Assembly (NCBI GenBank): GCA_002721815.1
Contig: PBLQ01000043.1
Coordinates: 2,571-66,570 of the forward strand
From: Myxococcales bacterium
GTDB lineage: Bacteria; Myxococcota; UBA727; GCA-2721815
DNA: 64,000 nt
Reading direction: 5' to 3'
The first letter of the stretch is position 1. Every line of letters begins with the position of its first letter. Below, in pieces: positions 9,274 through 19,895 of the stretch. Both the position numbers and the translations under genes were made by a program. Below the pieces are notes generated by a model. The model did not search any database. It saw only the letters and a list, made by a program, of their open reading frames with translations, and was not told where the DNA came from.

Positions 9274-9409
9274 GGTGTGTCCTCTGTTAAACAGACGAAA
9301 TGGAACAAGCCTTATTCTACTTTTTTGACGGGTTTTCTGAAAAAAGACAACATCTTGATTCCCATAGAATGAAACGGTTAGAACGGTCCATCGACGAAAA
9401 GGAATCCCC

Positions 9410-10450
9410 ATGAGTGATACAGGTTCTGGCGCACCCGCGCTCACATTAAAAACAGCCACCAGCCAAGAAGCAGACGTGGCTCAAATTCAGACCATGGCGG
9501 CCAAACTGGACCAACTGCGTGCTCAGGTCTCGCGGAAAATCGTGGGCCAAGAAGAAGTGGTGGAACTGCTGCTGCTCACTTTGTTCGCCCGCGGACACGC
9601 TTTGTTGATCGGCGTGCCTGGCTTGGCAAAGACGCTATTGATTCAGACTTTGTCTGAGGCCATGGACTTGTCTTTTTCGCGTATTCAATTCACCCCCGAT
9701 TTGATGCCATCTGACATCACGGGCACCGAGATTTTAAACGAAGACCCAGAAACAAAAAACAGAACCTTTCAGTTTGTGAAGGGGCCCGTGTTCGCCAACG
9801 TATTGCTCGCCGATGAAGTGAACCGAACACCGCCTAAAACTCAGGCTGCTTTATTACAAGCCATGCAAGAACGCGAGGTCACTTCGGCGGGCAAAACATT
9901 CGGACTGCCCGAACCCTTCTTGGTTTTCGCCACCCAAAACCCCATCGAGCAAGAGGGCACCTACGTGTTGCCAGAGGCACAGCTGGATCGTTTCATGTTC
10001 ATGATCAACGTGGGGTACCCCTCTATGGATGAAGAAGTTCGTATTGTGCAAACCACGACATCAGACCACGAACCCCAAATCGAAAATGTCATCAACAGAG
10101 ATGAAATTCAGCAGTTTCAAGAGCTGGTCCGCCGCATGCCGGTGGCCGAGCATGTGGTGCGTTATGCTGTTTCCTTGGTACGGGCCAGCCGACCGGGCGC
10201 CGACAATCCATATGACGCCGCTAAAAAGATTCAGTGGGGCGCTGGTCCGCGTGCCAGCCAAAGTCTGATTTTAGCCGCTAAGGCCAAAGCAGCTTTGTCG
10301 GGACGATACGCAGCCGGTACCGACGACGTAAAAGCGGTGGCTACGGCTGTTTTAGGACATAGGGTGGTGGTTAATTTTGACGCCGCCTCCGAAGGGGTGG
10401 GCGCCATTGCCGTGGTGGAAGAATTGCTTTCTCAGGTGAGTGCCCAATAG
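9410..10450 (+). CDS. MoxR-family AAA+ ATPase
   Basis: Walker A GVPGLAKT, Walker B LLADEVNR, followed by PPKTQAALLQAMQE. 346 aa. Confidence 0.93.
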   Translation: MSDTGSGAPALTLKTATSQEADVAQIQTMAAKLDQLRAQVSRKIVGQEEVVELLLLTLFARGHALLIGVPGLAKTLLIQTLSEAMDLSFSRIQFTPDLMPSDITGTEILNEDPETKNRTFQFVKGPVFANVLLADEVNRTPPKTQAALLQAMQEREVTSAGKTFGLPEPFLVFATQNPIEQEGTYVLPEAQLDRFMFMINVGYPSMDEEVRIVQTTTSDHEPQIENVINRDEIQQFQELVRRMPVAEHVVRYAVSLVRASRPGADNPYDAAKKIQWGAGPRASQSLILAAKAKAALSGRYAAGTDDVKAVATAVLGHRVVVNFDAASEGVGAIAVVEELLSQVSAQ

Positions 10451-10453
10451 GCC

Positions 10454-11395
10454 ATGAATGAACCCGCGCGCGAAACCGAGCAACGCCGTCAACTGCTCAC
10501 CAACGAATCTATTTTTCGGCTGAGTGCTTTAGAGTTACGCGCTCGAGTCATCGCAGAAGAAATATTTGCGGGCCATCACCCTTCTAAGCGTTTTGGGGCC
10601 TCCACCGATTTTGTGGAGCACAAAGAATATACGCCTGGCGATGATTTGCGCCATTTGGATTGGAAAGTGTATGCCCGACAAGATCGTGCGGTCATACGAA
10701 AATACCGCGAGGAAACACGTGCGCCCATGTACGTGCTGTTAGACAGTTCTGCCTCCATGGCATACGGCGGAGACACGCAAGGCAAGCCGGGCGCAGCCAA
10801 AATTGATTATGGTGCCACCGTCGCGGCAGCTTTATCCCTCATCGCGCAAACATCCGGGGACCCCGTGTCCTTATTGGGTTTTTCTAAAAAAGAACGTGTG
10901 TTCCTGCCACCTTTGGCCACCACCGAACATTTACAGCAAGTCTTTGGCACATTGCAGCGCATGACCTGTCATGGTGAGACGGATTTTGAGGGTGCACTCA
11001 ATGTGCTGCAAAGCAAAATGAAAAGAAAATCGGTGGTGGTGGTGATCAGTGATTTTCTTGACGTACCCAGCAGCATGATGGCCAAATTGGGTGTGTTGCG
11101 AAAACGAGGGGCTGAAGTTTTGCTTTTGCACACGTTACATCACGACGAGCTGGAATTCCCGTTCGACGGCGTCATTCGATTTGAAGACATGGAAGGAGAT
11201 CGCCTGGCTCAAGTGAGTGCCCCTGGCGTTCGAAACACCTACTTGAAAGAGTTGGGACATTTCCTTCACGAATGCAGGGAAGAGGCCCATCGGCATCGCT
11301 TACATTATTTTATGGTTTCTACTGAACAGTCATTTTTGAAGACGGTGAATCAGGTTATCAGTGTGAGTCGACGGTTCGAAGGGAGTCCTTCATGA
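10454..11395 (+). CDS. DUF58 (vWA-like) protein, MoxR partner
   Basis: DDLRHLDWKVYARQDRAVIRKYREE signature. Lies 3 nt after the moxR stop. Confidence 0.88.
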   Translation: MNEPARETEQRRQLLTNESIFRLSALELRARVIAEEIFAGHHPSKRFGASTDFVEHKEYTPGDDLRHLDWKVYARQDRAVIRKYREETRAPMYVLLDSSASMAYGGDTQGKPGAAKIDYGATVAAALSLIAQTSGDPVSLLGFSKKERVFLPPLATTEHLQQVFGTLQRMTCHGETDFEGALNVLQSKMKRKSVVVVISDFLDVPSSMMAKLGVLRKRGAEVLLLHTLHHDELEFPFDGVIRFEDMEGDRLAQVSAPGVRNTYLKELGHFLHECREEAHRHRLHYFMVSTEQSFLKTVNQVISVSRRFEGSPS

Positions 11396-13584
11396 ATTGG
11401 GCTTTCTTAGCACCGTGGATGATTGGAGGGCTCTTTTTTATCGCACTGCCCACCATCATTCATTTGATCTCCCGAAAGAAAGCGCGACCGGTTGATTTTG
11501 CGGCCATTGCTTTTGTGCTGCAAAGTCAAAAGAAGACGGCCCGCAGCATGCGACTTAAAGAGTTGTTGTTGTTATTGCTGCGAACTCTGTGGGTGCTGTT
11601 ATTGGCCATGGCCTTTTTGCAGCCAGTGCTGAAAGAAGCGCAGCGTCATACCCAAGAAAGAGCCGAACCGAAAATCATTGTTTTGGTCTTGGATCAAAGC
11701 GCCTCCATGCAAGCAGTGGTTGGCAGCACAAGCCGATTTAATACCGCCATTGAAACGGCGCGCGAAGAGATCGCATCCAGCGATCCAGATGTTCAATGGG
11801 GTTTGGTCGGGTGTGGTATGCCAAGCCGGTTAAGCCGTGTGAAACCCACCTTTGAGCGGGACAAAATTTTGCAGGCCCTCGAAAGTTTGAAGGTGTCTCA
11901 TGGTCGAGGACGATTACCCGTTTGCATCGATGCGGCACAGCAAATCTTAACAGAGAAAAAAGGAAACACCGTCAAAAAAATATGGGTTCTATCGGATATG
12001 GCGAAGCACGCATTTGAAGGGGCGGTGGCGCCTGCGTCAGGGCAGATACAGATCCACTTTGATAAAATTGACGAAGCGCAATTGAGCAATTGGTTCATCG
12101 AGCACGTTGAAGTATCGCGTCATCAAATCGGTGAAAAACCCAAAACGCATATGAAGGTGGAAGTGGCTCAGCATGGTTTAACAAAAGCATCTGATACCGC
12201 TTTGGATGTTTTTCACAATGAAACCAACTTGGCGCGACAAACCGTTCGATTTTTGGCTGATGTGAAGCAGGTGTCTAAAGAATTAAACCTGCCCCACCAA
12301 GAACAGGACCCGCAAGCCGAACTCAAAAATGATACATGGCGGCTCTCCCTTGGCGACGATGCTTTGAAGAGCGACAACTCGGTTTCATTGCCCAGTCAAA
12401 CGTTACGTCCTTTGCGCATTCTACTGGTAGACGGCGCCCCCCAATCCATCCCGTTCCGTGACGAAGTCTATTATTTGGCCAACGCTTTGGAGCAAAAAAA
12501 GCAGCGGGGTGGGCAGTTGGTGGTGCAGGTGGTGTTGCCTGAAGACGTGACTCCAACCCATTTGGCGCAGGCGCAAGTGGTCTATTTATGTAACGTACAA
12601 AAATTGAGTCGTGATGTTTCTCAGGCGTTGTTGCAATTCGTTCAAACGGGAGGGGGTCTTTTTATTTCCATGGGCGATCAAATTGATGTGCAGTGGGCGA
12701 ACCAAGCACTCAAAAACTTATTGCCGGGTCATTTGCGCGGGGTGAAAACCCATCAGCTGTTGGATGATCAAGAAAAATCCATGGGCTTGGGACTGGCCCG
12801 CTTTGATGCCCACCACCCATTGTTCGAGGGCATGGTAGACAGCGTAGAGAAGGAACAAATCGTAGGTTTGACCCGCGTGCAAACCCACACCCTCATGCTG
12901 CTCGAACCCGATGCCAGCGAGCACCGTGACATTTTGGCGCATTTTACCGACGATACACCGGCCATGGTGGAGAAGCAGGTGGGCGAAGGTCGGGTGATTT
13001 TCTGGGCCAGCACCATTGACCGAGATTGGTCGGACATGGCCATTCGTCCGGGTTTTGTGCCGCTGATGAACCAAATTGTTCTTTACCTCACCGGGCAGCT
13101 CGCCAATCCGCGCGCGTGGTTGCACGACGTGGGAGAAGCGCACTTGTTGTTGCCCCCAAGAGGAGTGACCCAACTGAAAATCAAAGGGCCTCAAGGCAAA
13201 ATGTTCATGGCCAAACAAGAAGAGGGCAAATGGGTGGGTGAGCATTTCAGTAGCCGAGTGCAAGCAGGGCAAACTCAGACCCAACTCTTTTTTCATCGCA
13301 CTTTTAATCCCGGATTGTATGAAGTGTCTTTGAAGCGACCGGGGGGTGATTTTCGCATTTATCCCACCGAGGCTTTCTCGGTGAAAGTGCCGGCCGGGGA
13401 GTCCAACCTCACCTTAGTCGATTCGGTCTCTTTGGAAGCGGCGGTTCCTTTGGGGGCTCAGTTCTTCACCGAAATTCAACGAGAAGCCCAAACCCCATTG
13501 TGGCGTTATTTTCTTTTGTTGGCCTGTCTCATTTTTGGTTTGGAGGCATGGGTTCTGAAGAAATGGTTCACCCGCAAGCGTTAA
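11392..13584 (+). CDS. BatA-like N-terminal double-TM / vWA-domain membrane protein
   Basis: Aerotolerance-regulator-type N-terminus (FLAPWMIGGLFFIALPTIIHLISRKK), MIDAS-like VLVLDQSASM, C-terminal TM helix. 4-nt overlap with the DUF58 gene. Confidence 0.82.
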   Translation: MNWAFLAPWMIGGLFFIALPTIIHLISRKKARPVDFAAIAFVLQSQKKTARSMRLKELLLLLLRTLWVLLLAMAFLQPVLKEAQRHTQERAEPKIIVLVLDQSASMQAVVGSTSRFNTAIETAREEIASSDPDVQWGLVGCGMPSRLSRVKPTFERDKILQALESLKVSHGRGRLPVCIDAAQQILTEKKGNTVKKIWVLSDMAKHAFEGAVAPASGQIQIHFDKIDEAQLSNWFIEHVEVSRHQIGEKPKTHMKVEVAQHGLTKASDTALDVFHNETNLARQTVRFLADVKQVSKELNLPHQEQDPQAELKNDTWRLSLGDDALKSDNSVSLPSQTLRPLRILLVDGAPQSIPFRDEVYYLANALEQKKQRGGQLVVQVVLPEDVTPTHLAQAQVVYLCNVQKLSRDVSQALLQFVQTGGGLFISMGDQIDVQWANQALKNLLPGHLRGVKTHQLLDDQEKSMGLGLARFDAHHPLFEGMVDSVEKEQIVGLTRVQTHTLMLLEPDASEHRDILAHFTDDTPAMVEKQVGEGRVIFWASTIDRDWSDMAIRPGFVPLMNQIVLYLTGQLANPRAWLHDVGEAHLLLPPRGVTQLKIKGPQGKMFMAKQEEGKWVGEHFSSRVQAGQTQTQLFFHRTFNPGLYEVSLKRPGGDFRIYPTEAFSVKVPAGESNLTLVDSVSLEAAVPLGAQFFTEIQREAQTPLWRYFLLLACLIFGLEAWVLKKWFTRKR

Positions 13585-13596
13585 GCGTTGAACACC

Positions 13597-14721
13597 TTAT
13601 TGTTGGTCTTCAACGGGGCTCCAGGGCCTGGCCGTTTTGGATGGCTCACTGGGGGCCCAACTTGCCATCCAGTCTAAATGGGGTTGGCATCGAATCACGG
13701 TCTTGATTTCGTCTAAGTTGGGGGGTTCGGGTTGTCCCATGTAACGTTGTTTCCAGCGTGTAATTTTATCGAGGGACCGTTGAATACGCTCGGGGGAAAT
13801 GCGTTTTTGTTCCACGAGCCGCTGGGTGATGTGAATGGCCTCTTCGGTCCACTGGGTTTCTTTGCAAATCAAAAAGATGTCCACGCCAGCCATCAGGCCC
13901 CTAAAGATCATTTCTTCAAGGCTGTGGTGATCGGCCAAAGCTTTCATTTCGAGATCGTCTGAGAAAACCAAGCCGTCAAAAGCCATTTGCTGGATTAGAA
14001 TGTCGTTGAGTATTTTTGGGCTGAGCGTGGCTGGCCATTGATTGTCCAGCTCTGGAAAAAGCACGTGCGCGGTCATGATGCTGGAGACATCAGCTTGGAT
14101 GGCTGCTTCGAAAGGTGGCCATTCCACGGCCTTGAGGCGTTCCAGGCTGTGATTGAGGGTGGGAAGGGCATAGTGAGAGTCCGTGTCGGTATCGCCATGA
14201 CCCGGAAAATGCTTGGCACAAGCACCCACCCCTGCACCCTGCATGCCCCGAATCAAACCCGCACCACAACGGCCGACCCATTCGGGATTGTCATCGAAAG
14301 CGCGTTCACCAATGACCGGGTTATCAGGATTGCTGTTCACATCCACCACCGGGGTAAAATCCAAATGAAACCCCAAAGTCGCCAGCTCGCGACCCATCAG
14401 CGCACCCAGTTTGTAGGGAATGTCTTTATCGTGCCGGGCTGCGGCCCCCACAGTGGCCATGGTGGGCACGGGGGTACAGATATTTTTGAGCCGTTGCACG
14501 CGTCCTCCCTCTTGATCCACGGAGACCAAGGGGAACGAGTCGGCGTGTCGAGCCGAATGTATTTCAGTAATTAGAGAGGTGAGTTGATGTACTTCTTCAA
14601 TATTACGAGAGAAGAGGATGACCCCGCCTGCATTTTTTTGCAGCAGTGAGAGGGCATCTTTGGGCAGGGAAGTCCCTTCAAATCCAAAAACAAAAAGCTG
14701 GGCCAACGCTTGGGAATCCAT
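13597..14721 (-). CDS. nagZ: Beta-N-acetylhexosaminidase (GH3, NagZ-type)
   Basis: KHFPGHGDTDTDSHYALP and VSVDQEGGRVQR motifs. 374 aa. Confidence 0.9.
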   Translation of the reverse strand: MDSQALAQLFVFGFEGTSLPKDALSLLQKNAGGVILFSRNIEEVHQLTSLITEIHSARHADSFPLVSVDQEGGRVQRLKNICTPVPTMATVGAAARHDKDIPYKLGALMGRELATLGFHLDFTPVVDVNSNPDNPVIGERAFDDNPEWVGRCGAGLIRGMQGAGVGACAKHFPGHGDTDTDSHYALPTLNHSLERLKAVEWPPFEAAIQADVSSIMTAHVLFPELDNQWPATLSPKILNDILIQQMAFDGLVFSDDLEMKALADHHSLEEMIFRGLMAGVDIFLICKETQWTEEAIHITQRLVEQKRISPERIQRSLDKITRWKQRYMGQPEPPNLDEIKTVIRCQPHLDWMASWAPSEPSKTARPWSPVEDQQ

Positions 14722-14826
14722 GTTTACCCCATACTCCTTTTGACCTCCCGGTGTAAAATAAAACGGGAATGTTTTTCTTTTGAATTACGGCGTGACTGGA
14801 CAAGATCTCAGGTATAGGCTAGAGCC

Positions 14827-16524
14827 TTGGTTCGAGGAACCTATCCATGGGCTTTTACGACCCTATTTGGGCAACAGGTGGACAGAATTTTCAAAACAAC
14901 ACCATTCAGACGGGCATGTAATCTTCGGGTGCTGACAAACGGTCAAACGCTCTACCGCGTGGCATCTTTTGGTTTGATGGCCTGGCTGGTGGCCGCGTCC
15001 GCTCATGCAGCCAATCCAGCCGCACCCGCCGAAAAGACCAAGGCGGTAAATACCTTAAATTTTCCGGGAGGGCCCAGTCAGGTGCCACCCGACCTTCAGC
15101 GTGCGTTGAGCGAAATCCTATCTGACTCATCCTTGCGGGGGGCCCGGGTCTCTTTCATGGCCCAGATGGTGGACACTGGCCAAGTCTTGGCGTCCTACAA
15201 TCCCGATAAGCTCATCAACCCAGCCTCCAACGTTAAATTGATCACCGCCGCAGCTGCATTGCGAATCCTCAAACCGGAGTATCGCTATCGAACGCGCTAT
15301 TATGCCTGGGGGCCAATCATTGATGGCGTGTTGAAAGGGCATTTGGTGGTGAAAGGATTTGGCGATCCCACCGTGGTGACTGAACGATTGAAAAAAGTCG
15401 CCAGTGGTTTGGCTAACATGGGCATCAAAAAAATCACGGGCCAGGTGGTCATTGACGACTCTTTCTTTGATGGGGTGAGAGAAGCCTCGGGTTGGGAAAC
15501 CGAAGAAGCACCTGAGCGGGCCTATGCGGCACCAGTGGGTGCGTTGTCACTCAACTACAATGCGGTTTCGGTATTGTTACGCCCCGACGACCTGGGCAAG
15601 CCGGCCTTAATGCAAGTGGAGCCCCCTGCCGAGTATGTGACCCTAGAGGGAAAGGTCATGACCAATCGATGGGGGCGACGACTGCAGGTCATGACTCGCG
15701 CGGGCCCTGATACCACCCTCATGCAGGTCGGGGGCACCATTCGTCCACGTTCCAAGCCTTTGCGTATTTTTCGTCGGGTTTACGATCCGGGCCTATATTA
15801 CGGGTCTGCACTCACGGGTTTTTTGCAGATTCATGGGGTAGAAATGCGGCATGATGTGGTTCGCGGTCGTTTACCTGCCAGCGCGCGATTGCTTTATGTG
15901 GATCGCTCTTTGACGCTCGGCGAAGTGATCAACACGCTTAACAAATACTCCAATAACTTTATGGCTGAGACTCTGATCAAAACCATTGGGGCAGACCAAA
16001 GCGGTGCCCCCGGTACCTTTGATAGCGGTCTCGCTGCGGTGCGGTACTTTTTGGAAAATGAAATCGGATACGAGCCAGGCTCGTACAAACTAGGAAATGG
16101 CTCCGGTCTCAACCACGTGAACCTGTTTAGCTCACATCACATGGTGAAATTGCTGTCACATTTGTACAAAGATTTTGAGATCGGTTCCGAATTTGTGACC
16201 TCACTGGGTATTGCAGGAACGCAAGGGACCATCGCTTTTCGTATGCGTCACACCGCGGCAGAGAGACGGCTTCGTGCCAAAACGGGGACGTTGCGCGGGG
16301 TATCTGCACTGTCCGGATATGTGGTCGACCCCAAAGAACGTGTGATTGCTTTTTCCATCATGGCTCAAGGTTTTTCGGGGCGAACATCGAACATGTGGAA
16401 GATTCAAAATGCCATTGGAGAGGCGTTGGCCACAGATGGAGCTTCTTGGATCATGGCGCATGGCGATGAGGAAGGCGTCCAGACCACCAAGAGTGCTGGC
16501 CGTGCACGCGGGAGTGTCCGGTGA
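14827..16524 (+). CDS. dacB: D-alanyl-D-alanine carboxypeptidase/endopeptidase (PBP4, peptidase S13)
   Basis: SxxK (PASNVKLIT), SxN (YSNNF) and KTG (KTGTLRGV) motifs. The start is uncertain: TTG 14827, or GVG 14929 just before the signal peptide LMAWLVAASAHA. Confidence 0.88.
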   Translation: MVRGTYPWAFTTLFGQQVDRIFKTTPFRRACNLRVLTNGQTLYRVASFGLMAWLVAASAHAANPAAPAEKTKAVNTLNFPGGPSQVPPDLQRALSEILSDSSLRGARVSFMAQMVDTGQVLASYNPDKLINPASNVKLITAAAALRILKPEYRYRTRYYAWGPIIDGVLKGHLVVKGFGDPTVVTERLKKVASGLANMGIKKITGQVVIDDSFFDGVREASGWETEEAPERAYAAPVGALSLNYNAVSVLLRPDDLGKPALMQVEPPAEYVTLEGKVMTNRWGRRLQVMTRAGPDTTLMQVGGTIRPRSKPLRIFRRVYDPGLYYGSALTGFLQIHGVEMRHDVVRGRLPASARLLYVDRSLTLGEVINTLNKYSNNFMAETLIKTIGADQSGAPGTFDSGLAAVRYFLENEIGYEPGSYKLGNGSGLNHVNLFSSHHMVKLLSHLYKDFEIGSEFVTSLGIAGTQGTIAFRMRHTAAERRLRAKTGTLRGVSALSGYVVDPKERVIAFSIMAQGFSGRTSNMWKIQNAIGEALATDGASWIMAHGDEEGVQTTKSAGRARGSVR

Positions 16525-18092
16525 CCCATCGCGGGCTGATGGCTCTGGTAGGCATCATGGGCTTCAGTCAAACAGGCTGGGCGGCCCAGCATCCAACTTC
16601 GGTTGATGCTTCCCCAAAAACGCAGATACACGTGACCAGCTTTGCGGAAGAGGTGATTCGAAAAGTCAAAGAACGCGAAGATGGCTGTCCCTGGAATTGC
16701 ACCGATGCGGTCAAACGTTGGCAGGAACGTACCTTGCCCGTACCTGAAAAACTGATTTCCCGGGTCCGATTCTGGCGACGTGTTTACAGTGATTGGAACT
16801 ACACCCAAATGGCCTTTCACGATCGAGATGATCTGAGTATGATCTACGCAGTGGTGGATGTGCCATGGCCCGGACAGCGTCTCAATGGGCTCACCCGTAA
16901 AGAGACCATCATTCAAACGAAAAAGAAACTGTCTCGTGTTCTAGAAGATCTTGAGGCCATGCAGCCCACCTCGACTCAAGGGCTGGAGGGCTTACATCGG
17001 CAAGTGTTTTTGGCATTGATGCACTCCACTCGAGGAGACAAATACCGTCGACAAGAGATTATGAGAGCACAAAACGGTCTTAAAGACACCTTTGCGCAGG
17101 CCATTGAGAATTCGGGCCGGTACCGGCCCATGATGCTCAAAGTACTCAAAAAAAATGACCTGCCTGAAGATCTTGCTGCGGTGGTGTTCGTGGAAAGTCT
17201 TTTTCAAAACCGCGCGAAATCCTATGCGGGGGCAGCAGGTTTGTGGCAGTTTATGCCCCGCACGGGCAAGGAGTACATGTCAATCAATGCACTGGTGGAC
17301 GAACGATACGATCCTGAATTGGCGACGGAGTCTGCAGCTCAGTATCTCAAATCCGCCTTTGCGCGCTTGGGGACTTGGCCCTTAGCTGTCACCTCTTACA
17401 ATGTGGGTGTGGCAGGGATGTTCAACGGGGTGCGCAGTGTGGGTACCCACGATTTTGGAACCATCGTTGAAAACTACTATGGTAACCGGTTTGGATTTGC
17501 TGCCCGCAATTATTATGCTGAAGTTTTGGCGGCCTTAGAGGTCTACCGGCACCGTGCGCGGTTTTTTCCTAATGTTCAACCGTTGCCACCTTGGCGGTTT
17601 GATGTGGTTCGTTTGCCTTTCCCCCTGCTGTTTTCACAGGCAGTTCATTTGGGAGGCGTGTCTCAAAAAGAACTGTTGAGCTTCAATCCAGCGCTTCGCT
17701 CTGGGGTGTTAGAGGACAAAGTGGTGTTGCCCCGGGGCTTTTCCTTGCGACTGCCCATGAACACGGCCAACGCGTTTTTGATGGGTATCGATGATGTGGA
17801 TTTGCGGACCCGTCGCGCCATCGCCAAGCGCGTGGAGCTGAAACACAAAGCAAATGGCCGGGAGTCTATTTCCAATATCGCCGCCCATCACCGTGTTTCT
17901 ACTAAGAATTTGGCCCGCCTCATGGGGATGAAACCCGAGGATTTACCCCCAAAAGGCACCATAATTCCGGTGCCCAAACGGGCCAAAAACCACTCCTTAA
18001 TTCCTCGCGCACGGCATTTGCCCTTACCGGTTTTTGATGATTTAGTCTTCGCCTCAGAGCGAGAAAGGCTTCGTGCCAAGCCGCGATCTTAA
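16521..18092 (+). CDS. Lytic transglycosylase (SLT domain, MltD-like, with LysM-like C-terminal segment)
   Basis: VFVESLFQNRAKSYAGAAGLWQFMPRTG (catalytic Glu-Ser motif). C-terminal ISNIAAHHRVSTKNLARLMGM. GTGA start/stop overlap with dacB. Confidence 0.85.
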   Translation: MTHRGLMALVGIMGFSQTGWAAQHPTSVDASPKTQIHVTSFAEEVIRKVKEREDGCPWNCTDAVKRWQERTLPVPEKLISRVRFWRRVYSDWNYTQMAFHDRDDLSMIYAVVDVPWPGQRLNGLTRKETIIQTKKKLSRVLEDLEAMQPTSTQGLEGLHRQVFLALMHSTRGDKYRRQEIMRAQNGLKDTFAQAIENSGRYRPMMLKVLKKNDLPEDLAAVVFVESLFQNRAKSYAGAAGLWQFMPRTGKEYMSINALVDERYDPELATESAAQYLKSAFARLGTWPLAVTSYNVGVAGMFNGVRSVGTHDFGTIVENYYGNRFGFAARNYYAEVLAALEVYRHRARFFPNVQPLPPWRFDVVRLPFPLLFSQAVHLGGVSQKELLSFNPALRSGVLEDKVVLPRGFSLRLPMNTANAFLMGIDDVDLRTRRAIAKRVELKHKANGRESISNIAAHHRVSTKNLARLMGMKPEDLPPKGTIIPVPKRAKNHSLIPRARHLPLPVFDDLVFASERERLRAKPRS

Positions 18093-18128
18093 TTAAGGCG
18101 CGGCTGGGACCAGTAAAGGAGAGCCCCC

Positions 18129-19178
18129 ATGTCTGCACCTGAAAACACCCTGCGCGTTCCAGATTCCAAACTGGCCCATCTCGATGCCTGTTTAACCGGA
18201 GATGTGGGTTACAAAAAAACCACGGGCTTAGAGTCTTGGGATTTTGAAAATCAAGCCGCAGCCAATATTTCCTTAGATCATATTAACGTCGAGACGACCT
18301 TGGCGGGTAAAAAAATCTCTGCCCCGATTATGATTGCCCCCATGACCGGTGGCGTGGCGCGTGGGCACGAATTAAACCGCATGCTGTTTCGTGCGGCTGA
18401 AAAATGGCAGTTGCCGGTGGGGGTTGGAAGCCAGCGGGTGGCACTCGAAAACGCCCAACGGGCGGCGTATTTTCACATCCGAGAAGACGCACCTTCCACG
18501 ACGGTGTTTGCCAATGTGGGCGCCGGACAATTCTGTAAAGGTTGGGGTGTGGAAGAGGCCAAAAGGGCTGTTGATATGATCGAGGCTGATGCCTTGTACG
18601 TACACCTCAATCCCATCCAAGAAGCCTGTCAGGGAGGTGATGTTGATTTTAGAAACCTCACCAATGCTTTGGCAACTATTTGTAAGGGATTAAAGGCCAT
18701 GGGCATTCCCGTTTTTGCTCGAGAAGTTGGTTTTGGCTTGAGCGAGGCGGCAGCCCGTACGTTGATCGATTGTGGCGTCGCCGGTTTGGATTGTGCAGGC
18801 GCTGGTGGGACTTCATGGGCGAAAGTGGAGGCCCTTTGTGCTGCGGATCCAGCCTACAGAAAATATGGCATGATGTTCGGCGAATGGGGCATCCCTACGG
18901 CAGAAGCCATTCAAAATGTGCGACGCGCTTCCAAGGACATTCCGCTCGTTGCCACCGGTGGCATTCGAAACGGATTGGATGTGGCGAAAGCTTTGGCTTT
19001 GGGTGCAGATGTGGCCTCTTTGGCGCGGCCCATGCTGCAAGCTGCCGATGTGGGGCCCGAGGCCGTGGATCAGTTCATCACGGAATTGGTGGGCGGATTA
19101 AAAATTGCCATGTTTGGCATCGGAGCGGCGGATCTGGACGGTTTGAAGCACACGCCCTTGCTGATAAAAAACAAGTAA
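18129..19178 (+). CDS. fni: Type 2 isopentenyl-diphosphate delta-isomerase (FMN-dependent)
   Basis: PIMIAPMTGG and ATGGIRNGLDVAKALALGA motifs. AGGAG RBS upstream. 349 aa. Confidence 0.9.
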   Translation: MSAPENTLRVPDSKLAHLDACLTGDVGYKKTTGLESWDFENQAAANISLDHINVETTLAGKKISAPIMIAPMTGGVARGHELNRMLFRAAEKWQLPVGVGSQRVALENAQRAAYFHIREDAPSTTVFANVGAGQFCKGWGVEEAKRAVDMIEADALYVHLNPIQEACQGGDVDFRNLTNALATICKGLKAMGIPVFAREVGFGLSEAAARTLIDCGVAGLDCAGAGGTSWAKVEALCAADPAYRKYGMMFGEWGIPTAEAIQNVRRASKDIPLVATGGIRNGLDVAKALALGADVASLARPMLQAADVGPEAVDQFITELVGGLKIAMFGIGAADLDGLKHTPLLIKNK

Positions 19179-19291
19179 AAACAGAACCTTAAGACTTGTC
19201 CAGGGGACCGAACCATTTCTCACGGAAAGATAGCCACAAAAGTTGTCTGAACGGGTGTTTATCGACATACTTTTAGCAGCCCCGATGGGGC

Positions 19292-19825
19292 ATGACGGAG
19301 AGGTTTATGTTCTTGCACCCCAAAACCAGGCGAACCCCATGGCAACACTTTGTTGCGACCAGTGTTTTGCTAATGGGTTTGGGATGTGGGTCCGCCGATA
19401 ATTTGGTGGAAGGCGAATTGGTCGATGAGCCTTTTTCCGTCGAGGATTCGAATCCCGCGTCTCGAATGAGCGAGCACGAAAACCATCTGATGGTGAGCTT
19501 GTCTCAAGAGTCTAGCGAGCAGGTGCACATGGTCCTCATTCAAATTCCTGAGATCAGCGACCGTACACTGCATCGGCCCATGCCGGTGGGAAGTGGCTTG
19601 CGCCCCGAGGAAAACAAACCCTGGATCGAGGTGAGTCGGGGCCTCAAGGACATCTCCTACCGCTCTGATGGGGCCCGCATGTTGGCCATGGAAGTGACCG
19701 ATTTTGCCCGTTCTAGCACTGGTTTTATCGAGCTTTTTGAAAATGAAGGTTCATACGCTGGCTTTGTAGATATTACCCTCGATGAAGGCGGCTACCTCCA
19801 AGGCATTTTCTCGGTGGAACCTTAA
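19292..19825 (+). CDS. Hypothetical lipoprotein
   Basis: Lipobox LLMGLGC after a basic n-region. 177 aa. No family recognised. Confidence 0.65.
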   Translation: MTERFMFLHPKTRRTPWQHFVATSVLLMGLGCGSADNLVEGELVDEPFSVEDSNPASRMSEHENHLMVSLSQESSEQVHMVLIQIPEISDRTLHRPMPVGSGLRPEENKPWIEVSRGLKDISYRSDGARMLAMEVTDFARSSTGFIELFENEGSYAGFVDITLDEGGYLQGIFSVEP

Positions 19826-19844
19826 TCACCAAAACCCCAAACGT

Positions 19845-19873
19845 TTGACATAGAAGCGGTTTTCTCACACACT
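19845..19873 (+). promoter_or_regulatory. Candidate sigma70-type promoter for the deoC operon
   Basis: Perfect -35 TTGACA (19845-19850), 17-nt spacer, weak -10 CACACT (19868-19873). Confidence 0.3.
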
Positions 19874-19895
19874 ACGACTAATTAGCGGTGGTTAA

